64,000 bases of DNA from Sedimentisphaerales bacterium (GTDB lineage: Bacteria > Planctomycetota > Phycisphaerae > Sedimentisphaerales > SM23-30), in the NCBI GenBank assembly GCA_963666285.1, contig OY762711.1, one strand, 5' to 3'. The notes below the pieces were generated by a model. The model saw nothing but the letters and a program-made list of their open reading frames with translations. It searched no databases and was not told where the DNA came from. Made by a program: the position numbers and the translations under genes. This document shows positions 20,782 through 29,885 of the stretch, one piece after another. Each line of letters opens with the position of its first letter. Positions within the stretch are counted from its first letter, which is position 1.

Positions 20782-20920
20782 ATCGCATGATAGTGGAAAT
20801 TTTAGGAAACTATATGCTATTATATTGCCGGTAAATTTGAAAATTGAAAGCTTCTAAGACTGGGATATGGAAGCTTATCATTAAATCCCTCTTCTGACAC
20901 TCAGGAGGGATTTATTTTTT
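20782..20920 (+). ncRNA. Candidate small RNA (or small-ORF transcript)
   Basis: Bounded by the promoter above and a terminator; no long ORF; six GGA motifs. Confidence 0.35.
20882..20920 (+). terminator. Intrinsic terminator
   Basis: TAAATCCCTCTTCTGA-cac-TCAGGAGGGATTTA followed by a T-run. Confidence 0.8.
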
Positions 20921-20942
20921 GGGATAAACTCCAATTAAAAAT

Positions 20943-20977
20943 TAAACCCCGATAAGAATAGTACTCACCGGGGTTTA
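20943..20977 (-). terminator. Probable terminator of ilvBN
   Basis: TAAACCCCG...CGGGGTTTA inverted repeat with an A-rich left flank. Confidence 0.6.
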
Positions 20978-21010
20978 TATAAAAATCCTTTTTCTTTTTT
21001 TCTTATCAGC

Positions 21011-21487
21011 TTAATGTTTTCTTGGCAGCGCGATGGTACCGGTACGAACAACATCTTTTATGCCGTAAGGGCGGCACATATCAATAAAGGCCTCAACCTT
21101 TTCATTTGGCCCGGCAACCTCAACAGTCACAAAGTTTGAACCGATATCGACAACTTTTCCGTTGAACATTTCGACAAGCGAATGAATCTCCGGTCGTTTT
21201 TCCGCGGGTGAGGCAACGGAAATAAGCATAAGCTCTCGTTCAGCCAAAGGACTGGTGGTAAAATCGAAAATTTTCAAAACCGGCACGATTTTACCAAGCT
21301 GTTTGCGGACCTGCTCCAGTACCGCATCATCCCCAATAACCACGATAGTCATCCTACTGATATTCGGATCATCTGTACGCCCTACCGCCAGCGAATCGAT
21401 ATTATACCCGCGGGCAGCAAACATGCCGGCAACATGAGCGAGAACGCCGGACTGATTCTGAACTAAAACACTAATAGTCTTTTTCAT
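21011..21487 (-). CDS. ilvN: Acetolactate synthase small subunit
   Basis: ACT domain VQNQSGVL..VAGMF.ARGYNIDSLAVG; ERELMLI; VRTG. Confidence 0.95.
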   Translation of the reverse strand: MKKTISVLVQNQSGVLAHVAGMFAARGYNIDSLAVGRTDDPNISRMTIVVIGDDAVLEQVRKQLGKIVPVLKIFDFTTSPLAERELMLISVASPAEKRPEIHSLVEMFNGKVVDIGSNFVTVEVAGPNEKVEAFIDMCRPYGIKDVVRTGTIALPRKH

Positions 21488-21545
21488 GATTTTACACCTT
21501 ATATATCAAGCGGCAAAAACCGCATTAAAATTTCGATTCCATTAA

Positions 21546-23285
21546 TTAAACGCGTTCAACCTTAGCAGTCGGCAGACCGTCCATCTCATGCAGACTCTTA
21601 CCGGCAGCCACCATCGGCCATACATTTTCTTCCGGCTCCATGTGGAAGTCAACAATGCAGCATTTTTTCTCACTAAGCATCTGTTCAACAACACCCGGCA
21701 CTTCAGCCTTGGTACGGGCAACCAGCCCGACAGCACCAAAAGCTTTTGCAACTTCAGCAAAGCATGGATGCTGCAGATAGCTCTTGGAATAACGTCTGCT
21801 GTAGAACAGTTCCTGCCATTGGCGAACCATCCCCATGTAACCATTATTCAAAACACAAATTTTTAATGGAAGCGATCTTTCAACCGCAGTTGATATCTCA
21901 TGCAGTGACATAGCAAAGCTGCTATCACCGTCAATAGTAACAACAGTATCGTGCGGGTTAGCAATTTGAGCTCCAATAGCAGAAGGCAGCCCAAAACCCA
22001 TGGTCCCCAGCCCGCCGGAGGTAACCATATGTCGCGGTTTACTGAACCTGTAGAACTGTGCGGTCCACATTTGATGCTGACCAACACCGGTAGTAACAAT
22101 AGCATTGCCTTTAGTCTGGCGGCAAACTTCTTCAATTACATATTGTGGTAAAATGCCATCGCCGTTACTTTCATATGTAAGAGGATAAGTCTCTTTGAGC
22201 TCATCGATACGAGCTATCCAGTCCTTGCGAGGCTGGGTTTCGATCATTTCTGTCAGGATAGGCAGTATCTGCCTGGCATCACCAACAACCGGTATATCAA
22301 CCTTAACACTCTTGGAGATACTGGATGGATCGATATCAATATGGATAATCTTAGCATGAGGAGCAAACCGCTTAACATCGCCGGTTACCCGGTCGTCAAA
22401 TCTGGCACCAACCGATACCAGGCAATCACATTCCTGAACCGCAAAATTAGCGTAAGCTGTACCGTGCATACCCAGCATATGCAGGCTAAGAGGATCATTT
22501 TCATCATAAGCACCAAGACCAAGCAAGGTAGTGGTAATAGGTGCATTAGTTTTCTTTACAAAAGCACGAAGTTCTTCAGAAGCATTTGCCAGGATAACTC
22601 CGCCGCCAGAATAAATAACCGGCCTGACAGATTCGTTTATCGCGTCAGCAGCTTTTTTAATCTGGCGAATATGTCCTTCTTCACGTGGTTTATATCCGGG
22701 CAGCCTGACCTCTTCATCCTTTTTATCTGGGATAATTTTAGCCGCAGAAACATCGGCCGGCAAATCAACCACAACCGGTCCGGGTCTGCCGGTGCCGGCA
22801 AGGAAGAAAGCTTCTTTAATGATGCGTCCGAGATCTTTAACATCCTTAACGATATAGTTATGCTTGGTTATGGGACGTGTTATGCCTGTCGTATCAGCTT
22901 CCTGGAAGGCATCGTTACCAATAAGGTGGGTTTTTACCTGACCGGTGATGATAACCATCGGTATAGAATCCATATAAGCTGTCGCAATACCGGTAATGGT
23001 ATTACAAGCACCCGGACCGGAAGTAACCAGCACGACACCGGTTTTGCCGGTTGAACGGGAATAGCCGTCTGCCGCATGGGTAGCACCCTGCTCATGACGA
23101 GTAAGGATAAATTCCATTGGGCTATCGTATAAAGCGTCGAAGATTGGTAAGACCACACCGCCAGGATAACCGAAAATCACCTCGGTATTTTCTTCCTGAA
23201 GAAGTCGGCACAGGTATTGAGCACCTGTAATTTCCTGGGATTTGCCCGCAGACTCGGGCGCAGAACTACTGCTAGAATTAGTCAT
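21546..23285 (-). CDS. ilvB: Acetolactate synthase large subunit
   Basis: FGYPGG, RHEQGA, TSGPG, GMHG, GQHQMW, SGGLGTMGFG, GDSS..NNGYMGMVRQWQ. Confidence 0.97.
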   Translation of the reverse strand: MTNSSSSSAPESAGKSQEITGAQYLCRLLQEENTEVIFGYPGGVVLPIFDALYDSPMEFILTRHEQGATHAADGYSRSTGKTGVVLVTSGPGACNTITGIATAYMDSIPMVIITGQVKTHLIGNDAFQEADTTGITRPITKHNYIVKDVKDLGRIIKEAFFLAGTGRPGPVVVDLPADVSAAKIIPDKKDEEVRLPGYKPREEGHIRQIKKAADAINESVRPVIYSGGGVILANASEELRAFVKKTNAPITTTLLGLGAYDENDPLSLHMLGMHGTAYANFAVQECDCLVSVGARFDDRVTGDVKRFAPHAKIIHIDIDPSSISKSVKVDIPVVGDARQILPILTEMIETQPRKDWIARIDELKETYPLTYESNGDGILPQYVIEEVCRQTKGNAIVTTGVGQHQMWTAQFYRFSKPRHMVTSGGLGTMGFGLPSAIGAQIANPHDTVVTIDGDSSFAMSLHEISTAVERSLPLKICVLNNGYMGMVRQWQELFYSRRYSKSYLQHPCFAEVAKAFGAVGLVARTKAEVPGVVEQMLSEKKCCIVDFHMEPEENVWPMVAAGKSLHEMDGLPTAKVERV

Positions 23286-23590
23286 GGCTTTGTTCTCCTT
23301 GTATTTTCTGGAACATTATTCGCCGGTCGCTGTACTGATCCGCCGGGAGTGTAAACCAGACCCGCTTCCTGCAAATCCTTTGCTGATAGCTGGTTACGGT
23401 TACTTGCTACCCAAAAGTACAGTCCGTAAAAAACCATGTAGTTTTTAATAATTTGTAAGTATCTTATTATATCGGCGAAAAACGGTAAAACAAAATTAAT
23501 TTTTTTGACATTAGCACATAAAAAAGGGCAGTTGTATACAAAATACAGCTGCCCGCAGAAATATTATAAATCTCCTTTCCGAACTTTGCC

Positions 23591-26500
23591 CTAATTTCCT
23601 TGGTTCGGAAATACATCAAAGCCAAACTGTACCTGCCCGCCTTGTATACAGCCAACTCTGAAATAATATGTTTGGCCCTGGACCAGATTGACAGACATCT
23701 CACCATACCCGTAAATATCTGAACAATACAACTCATTAAGAGCACTACAATTACCATCAAAAATAGCAATAGTCCCCTGTATAGGCATATTATAAGAATC
23801 AAGATATACTATATATTCTCCGGTGGTCCCTGGAACATACTGGTACCAGACATCAAAACTATCATCTCCGTCACCACATGATGACTGATCATATCCGCTT
23901 GAACCAACTGTTGACCCTTCAGTCCAGCCGTCCAGATTTTGAGCATTATCGCATTCATCATTATCCGGCGGGAAAATCTCATCAATGTTGAGCTGGTAAT
24001 AACCCATAGCATTTTCACTAAAGGCAACCCGAACATAAACGGTTTCACCGGTAGAAATTTGATATATAGCCATAGCAGAGCCACCCGTCTCCTCACCGCC
24101 CGGAGCAGATTCTGCACATACCAGCTCGGCGCCATTACAAGCATCAAAAACAGATACAACAACAGGGAAGCCCATATAGCTTTCATCGTAAACCTGGAAC
24201 ATTACCATATGATCGTATTCGGCGGTGTACTTATACCAGACATCAGCAGAATCATTAACACCACATGAAGAAGTAATGTCAGTTCCGGTAGCACCTACTG
24301 TAGAAGAATACTGAGAATCCCACATTGAAACTTCAATCGCATCAGAACAGATATCATTTTCCGGACCTGATTCGATATATATATTAAATTCTCCGACATA
24401 ACCATAATTACCGGCTGCTCTAATCAGGTAGGTCTCACCTTCAACAGCATAAATCCCCAGCTGCGCTGTCGGCCATTCCATAGATTCGTTTCCATTAATA
24501 CAAGCAAATTCCTGACGAGTTTCCTCATTGCAATCATCATTAAAGACAGAAAGATTGAAACTGGTATATCCAGACGGCTCCAGAGTAATCGCATAGCTTC
24601 CTGTTTCATCAGGTGTAAAACTATACCATACATCAACACTATCACCATTACCACAACTGCTAACACTGTCAGGAGTTGCAGCCAGGGTAGTACCCTGAAC
24701 CCAGTCGCCTTTGGATATTGGAGTCGGACTATCACAATTATCATTTTCCGGGGCAGGATGATGAATAACGGCAAACTTGAAGTCTCCGGTTGACCCGCCA
24801 TAATCAGCTATACGGATATAATAATCCGACATTGTATTGGCTTCAAACAGACGAATATCGTCCGAATAAGACCAGCATTCAAGTTCGGTACCACCGCAAC
24901 TATCAAACAAGGCAATACATGGATAAAAATCTTCCGGTCCGAAATTCCTGGCATATACTTCATAGATACCATCTTCATCAGGAGTAAATTTATACCATAC
25001 ATCATAAGTATCGTTATTATTGCAGCTGGTAATATCAGTACCGGTTGCAGTTGTTGTCGTTCCAAAATATTCCACGCCGGGTACAATTCTGACAGCATCA
25101 GCACATTCATCATTTAAGGTTGTCGGTGTTTCAGGGATAGCAACTGAACGGAAAACGAAATCCATATCCAGGTTGAAACTGTTAGAAGCATTCCAGGTTT
25201 TACCCTGCAGCCAGTTACCGGCAAAGACCGCCAGGTCTTCGATCCCGACACCGCCATCCCGGCTTACATCACCGCCGAGACACCACATATTTCCGGAATT
25301 ACAGGTCAAATCCAGCCATCCGGCAGCAACAGGCTGGAAATCCAGGATATTAACAATACCATCGGTATTGGTGTCACCGGCAGGTAAATCAATATCAAGA
25401 GTAAGTTTCATTTCAGTTCTATACGTGTCTGAATAACTGGATGAACCGCCAACAACAGTATAGAATGCTCCTAAAAATGGAGTAGAATTGTCGATAGGAA
25501 TATCATCTTCAGTCAGGAGCATAACAGGTTCTTCAATATACGAATCATATATTTTCATTTCAAAATCAAGCACATAATTACTAACCTGGTCACTAATAAT
25601 TTTATTGCCGTCAACTAAAACCAAAACCCTGGTACCGTAAGGATACGTTTCATCAGACAATACTTTCAAAGTGCCTTCCCAGGTTACTTCAACAGTTGCC
25701 CCACCGGAACCGTATTGACCACTGCCATTATAAACAGAAGAAAAATCAACATCGATATCGTAATATGCGGTAGAAGAGTCGTGATTGTAAACAATATGAC
25801 TATAAACATCTGTCTGCTGACCAACTCCTTCAGGTTGACCGGATTCCTGGACAAAAGCCTGGGCACTGCAGCTTTTATCTTTGCCATTTGTGGTACTTGC
25901 AGAATCGATAACAGTTACCCCGCCTATTTTACTATAGACAGTAACCGACGGTCTGCCGCTAGCGGCAGGGAACCAGACCTGCGGCCCGGGAACTTCAAGA
26001 AATTCACCGCTGAGACCGAGAATGTTGTCGGCAATATTTCCACGCAAAATTGAAGAGCCGGTTGAAGGATCAACCTGGTAAAGTCTATTATCAGCGTTTG
26101 CAGCAGCGAACATTTGTCCGCTTATGTGACTGTTATACATGTCTGTCAGCCCGGAAGTACCGGTATCACCGACATACGTCGGCACTGCGGTAGTCATATC
26201 AACAGAATATAAATGGGTTGCAAGCCTTGTACCGTTCTCAGCAACTTTCTGATTGGTAATATACAGGTTCATACTGGAACTGTCATATTCCATACTAAAG
26301 ACATAGTCTATAAGCTCGCCATCTATGCCGGTTCCAAAATCACCGATTAATGAAGCTGTGCCGGTTGCGGTATCAATTGTATATAAGCCAAGATAATCTG
26401 TTCCATACAATATCCCGGTATCATCGTTGTAAGCCAGCTCTCTCATATTGATAACATAATCAGGATTACCGGGATAGCGAGGGTTCTGGCCATATCCGCT

Positions 26501-26908
26501 GCCAATCGGCAATGAAATCTTTTCAGCGGGAAATATTTTATATAATGCTGAACCGGTTCCTTCCTCATAAGAGCTTCCGGTAGTAGCCCAGAAAAAGTCA
26601 GGCGAACCACTACTGGCCGCACCATAAAACGGGCCATACGGCAGAGGTGATAAATCGGCACTGCAAACATCATTATTGAGATGGTCGATCATTAAAAGAT
26701 ACAGATTGTAATTACTTACACCATAAAGATATTCGACATAATCTAGTCCGGCAAAAGCCTTTGTATCAAGTGAACCTGATTTGCTCTTGAACATAGTGTC
26801 AGAGGAAGAACCAACCGGGGCAGCTTCATAGTCAACTAATTCCGCGGTAGAAAATGAAGCCAGCAAACAAACCAGACAAACAGACCAGGCGTAACTCAAA
26901 AAACGCAT
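23591..26908 (-). CDS. Large secreted multidomain protein (putative beta-propeller, dockerin-like pair, four ND.C..A/DVWY modules)
   Basis: Start MRFLSY at 26908 with SD AAGGAG; signal peptide; GDTNTDGIVNILD..WL and DVSRDGGVGIED..WL; four Cys-containing DVWY repeats. Confidence 0.8.
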   Translation of the reverse strand: MRFLSYAWSVCLVCLLASFSTAELVDYEAAPVGSSSDTMFKSKSGSLDTKAFAGLDYVEYLYGVSNYNLYLLMIDHLNNDVCSADLSPLPYGPFYGAASSGSPDFFWATTGSSYEEGTGSALYKIFPAEKISLPIGSGYGQNPRYPGNPDYVINMRELAYNDDTGILYGTDYLGLYTIDTATGTASLIGDFGTGIDGELIDYVFSMEYDSSSMNLYITNQKVAENGTRLATHLYSVDMTTAVPTYVGDTGTSGLTDMYNSHISGQMFAAANADNRLYQVDPSTGSSILRGNIADNILGLSGEFLEVPGPQVWFPAASGRPSVTVYSKIGGVTVIDSASTTNGKDKSCSAQAFVQESGQPEGVGQQTDVYSHIVYNHDSSTAYYDIDVDFSSVYNGSGQYGSGGATVEVTWEGTLKVLSDETYPYGTRVLVLVDGNKIISDQVSNYVLDFEMKIYDSYIEEPVMLLTEDDIPIDNSTPFLGAFYTVVGGSSSYSDTYRTEMKLTLDIDLPAGDTNTDGIVNILDFQPVAAGWLDLTCNSGNMWCLGGDVSRDGGVGIEDLAVFAGNWLQGKTWNASNSFNLDMDFVFRSVAIPETPTTLNDECADAVRIVPGVEYFGTTTTATGTDITSCNNNDTYDVWYKFTPDEDGIYEVYARNFGPEDFYPCIALFDSCGGTELECWSYSDDIRLFEANTMSDYYIRIADYGGSTGDFKFAVIHHPAPENDNCDSPTPISKGDWVQGTTLAATPDSVSSCGNGDSVDVWYSFTPDETGSYAITLEPSGYTSFNLSVFNDDCNEETRQEFACINGNESMEWPTAQLGIYAVEGETYLIRAAGNYGYVGEFNIYIESGPENDICSDAIEVSMWDSQYSSTVGATGTDITSSCGVNDSADVWYKYTAEYDHMVMFQVYDESYMGFPVVVSVFDACNGAELVCAESAPGGEETGGSAMAIYQISTGETVYVRVAFSENAMGYYQLNIDEIFPPDNDECDNAQNLDGWTEGSTVGSSGYDQSSCGDGDDSFDVWYQYVPGTTGEYIVYLDSYNMPIQGTIAIFDGNCSALNELYCSDIYGYGEMSVNLVQGQTYYFRVGCIQGGQVQFGFDVFPNQGN

Positions 26909-26949
26909 GACAATCTCCTTTTTGGACAAATAACAAAAATGAATATTTA

Positions 26950-27135
26950 AGTTTACTTTCACAGTTTTTAAGTTGCATAAACCGCCTAAAAGGGCCTTCC
27001 TGCAACGCTTTGAATTAAATGTACTTTCGAGAATTAGCTCGGAAACACATTTAAATATATAGTTTTTCATTCACAAGGCCCTGTTCTGGCCTTTGCGTGT
27101 AATGTTGAACAGTCAAAAGTGCGATACCGCACTTT
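26950..27135. repeat. Dispersed intergenic element, copy A
   Basis: Three blocks nearly identical to 53975-54194. Confidence 0.8.
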
Positions 27136-27372
27136 AATTAAAAATTGAAATAGTAAAACAAAGATCAGACCGCTACTAATTATGCACTCAATGATCTCCA
27201 TAATTTGCTTTTGTGAGGTGTAATCGAAATCCAGCTCTATCTAATTAATTAGCTTATAACTTTGAAACTGAATTGTCAAATTAATTTAGTATTCGCTTCA
27301 CAAAAGGTGAGAAAATAGGGAATATTGGAAACATAGGTGGCTTGATTTCCAGGAATATTTAAATTTAAGGAT

Positions 27373-27412
27373 AAAAAAAACAGGATCACCTTTTTCTAAA
27401 GGTAACCCTGTT
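27373..27412 (-). terminator. Terminator of the PEP-CTERM gene
   Basis: AACAGG..ACCTTT/AAAGGT..CCTGTT stem with an A-run on +. Confidence 0.6.
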
Positions 27413-27460
27413 CAAAGAACGGTTTAACGATAACCTGTAATTAACAACAACCAATGTTAT

Positions 27461-28057
27461 CTATTTTACTTTTCGTTTCATAAGTACCGGCACTCCACAC
27501 ATCGCCATAAGAAGGACAGTTGCCGGCTCCGGCACAGCAGGGGCAGAAGAAGTTGCCATGAGACTGACATTATCAACAGACAGACAATTCATCCATCCGG
27601 CATCCAGGGTAATACCCAGCGACTGGCCAATATAACCATCATTGTCAGAACCCACAGTTGAGAAAGAGATTACCAGATCACCGGTAACGTTTCTCTGCGA
27701 CCAACGGAGTGACTGAGAAGTTATAGTATCCCAGCTATCGCCTGAAACAGCTGAAAAAGAAAGCTCCAGCGGACTTTTGAATATAGAATGAGTCGCACCA
27801 GTAACTGTTAGTACATATTCGGTTTCATCCTGGATAGCATACTCGGTATCAGTCCAGATGCTCTGGGTACTCAGAATTGAATACAGGCCATTGAACTTAA
27901 CTGCTGAATCATCAACAACATAAATTCCACTTTGTCCTTTCATAGACCAGTCGTCCAGACTGGACATATCATTCTGGTATATATTTTCGCTGATAAGGCC
28001 CGCGTTTACAAAACCGGATAGTATAAGAGTAAAAACAGTAACTAGATATTTTTTCAT
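27461..28057 (-). CDS. PEP-CTERM sorting-domain protein
   Basis: Signal peptide; C-terminal VPEPAT + hydrophobic stretch + KRKVK. Confidence 0.9.
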   Translation of the reverse strand: MKKYLVTVFTLILSGFVNAGLISENIYQNDMSSLDDWSMKGQSGIYVVDDSAVKFNGLYSILSTQSIWTDTEYAIQDETEYVLTVTGATHSIFKSPLELSFSAVSGDSWDTITSQSLRWSQRNVTGDLVISFSTVGSDNDGYIGQSLGITLDAGWMNCLSVDNVSLMATSSAPAVPEPATVLLMAMCGVPVLMKRKVK

Positions 28058-28374
28058 GCATTCTCCTCATTATTTATGACGGAAACTAACCGACATAGAT
28101 TCAATTTCGATGAACCGGCATCAAACGTACCGATATCGAAAAAATTTAGTTAAAAATAAAACTGGTAATTCGGAAATGACTCGAATGTCATGAAATGTAG
28201 ATACTGCAATATAAAATATGATAATAAATAAAGCAAATATGTTTGTTAATTTTTTCCAATTGTTTCGATTACAGCAATCATAGCTTTTCTGTATTAACAC
28301 TTGAATTATATCCAATTTTGATGATAATTATTTGAAAATAAATAACTAAAGAGAATAAATAAACATTTAATCGC

Positions 28375-29322
28375 ATGGCAATAAAAAACGCTACAACTAA
28401 AGCCCCTCGCAATCGAACCCTGTTCCTGGAAGATTCAGATATTGGCCGTCTAAAAAAGCGAATTGTTACTATTGACAGTAAGCCCAAACTTAAGGACATT
28501 CTCAATAAGACAATATGCGGCGATAGTATTGAGCTGCTCGATACGCTGCCGGCAGCATCAGTTGATTTGCTGATAGCCGACCCACCGTATAACCTGACCA
28601 AACAGTTCAAATCAAACACATTCAAATCCGGCCAGATGGATGAATACCGACAATGGCTGGAGCTGTGGATACCAAAAATGGTGCGGCTGTGTAAACCTAA
28701 TGCCAGTATATATATCTGCGGTGACTGGCGGTCATCTCCGGCGATTTATTACGAGCTGGAAAAACATTTCAAAATCCGTAACAGGCTGACCTGGGAACGT
28801 GAAAAAGGCCGCGGCTCAAAGAGCAACTGGAAAAACTCACATGAAGATATCTGGTTTGCCACGATGGGTGATGAATATACATTCAATGTAGACGCGGTAA
28901 AACTTAAACGCCGCGTTATCGCGCCGTATAAGGAAAACGGCAAGCCCAAAGACTGGCATGAAAGCGATGACGGCAAATACAGGCTGACCCATCCATCTAA
29001 TATGCTGACAGATTTGAGCGTACCGTTCTGGTCTATGCCGGAAAATACCGAGCATCCGACCCAGAAACCGGAAAAACTGCTGGCCAAGCTAATCCTGGCA
29101 AGTTCAAGCCAGGGCGATGTCATATTCGATCCATTCCTCGGATCCGGCACAACCTGTGTAACCGCTAAAAAACTCAACCGTAACTATATCGGTATCGAAA
29201 AAGATGAAACTTTCTGTATGCTGGCCGAGAAACGGCTGGAGCTGGCAGAAACCGATAAAACTATTCAAGGCTATCATGACGGGGTATTCTGGGAACGTAA
29301 CACATCACCTTCAAACAGCTAG
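28375..29322 (+). CDS. Orphan N4-C/N6-A DNA methyltransferase (beta-class motif order)
   Basis: DPPY before HPTQKP and DPFLGSGTT; no adjacent endonuclease. Confidence 0.9.
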   Translation: MAIKNATTKAPRNRTLFLEDSDIGRLKKRIVTIDSKPKLKDILNKTICGDSIELLDTLPAASVDLLIADPPYNLTKQFKSNTFKSGQMDEYRQWLELWIPKMVRLCKPNASIYICGDWRSSPAIYYELEKHFKIRNRLTWEREKGRGSKSNWKNSHEDIWFATMGDEYTFNVDAVKLKRRVIAPYKENGKPKDWHESDDGKYRLTHPSNMLTDLSVPFWSMPENTEHPTQKPEKLLAKLILASSSQGDVIFDPFLGSGTTCVTAKKLNRNYIGIEKDETFCMLAEKRLELAETDKTIQGYHDGVFWERNTSPSNS

Positions 29323-29459
29323 CAGAAATCAATACCACATCACTAATTTTTTTATAAGACTTTCCAAAAATAATTTTGCCTATCTATTTTTTATATATTA
29401 GGCTTAATTCAGACATCATATGACTATTCGAGTTTGACGAGGTTAAATACTATTTAGCA

Positions 29460-29820
29460 TACCGGACCGAAACAGGGAAAGTGTAAACCGCCCGGCCACA
29501 CCAGACACGGATGTTGCGGACAAGGATTTCGCGGTTGCCGCAAGAGAGAGATAATATCGGTTGCTTCCCGGGTCCAGAATCCATCGTGTGCATTTGCGAA
29601 GACCTCGATAATTATAGGGGTTTCGGCCCCATATGCCGGGTTCACCCGCTCGTTCCGCTGGTTTGGCGGGGCTAGTGACGGTAGCGCTTCTGTGTAGGCG
29701 CCCGGCATTTATATCTGACGGATCGTGCGTCAGAGAATGATATTTGTCTGCTGTTCTGACAGCCGACACCAATAAAAAGGGCTTACCGTGTTCGACTGGA
29801 ACCGGGAGCCCTGTTTTTTA
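29460..29820 (+). ncRNA. Unassigned highly structured non-coding element
   Basis: GC-rich, many nested stems, UUCG-capped hairpin, terminal hairpin + T-run, between convergent genes; G-U pairs favour the + strand. Confidence 0.55.
29772..29820. terminator. Bidirectional intrinsic terminator
   Basis: AAAAAGGGCT...AGCCCTGTTTTTT. Confidence 0.7.
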
Positions 29821-29885
29821 TTAATAATTAGGTGTCGCTTGCTGTAATTCTTCACGTTCGACAGAACTTCAACAAACCAAAAAGA

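Noticed and set aside
26909..27070. 54-aa N-terminal extension of the 23591 ORF
   Set aside because: SD and signal peptide support ATG 26908; the extension overlaps the non-coding repeat.
29443..29772. 109-aa and 84-aa minus ORFs over the structured element
   Set aside because: No protein-like features; open frames are expected in GC-rich sequence, and the base-pairing explains the region better.
29460..29820. Identification as RNase P RNA, tmRNA, SRP RNA, cobalamin or SAM riboswitch
   Set aside because: Only short look-alike words (AACAGGGAA, GGGCTTA, CGGCAACC); the required partner motifs are absent.
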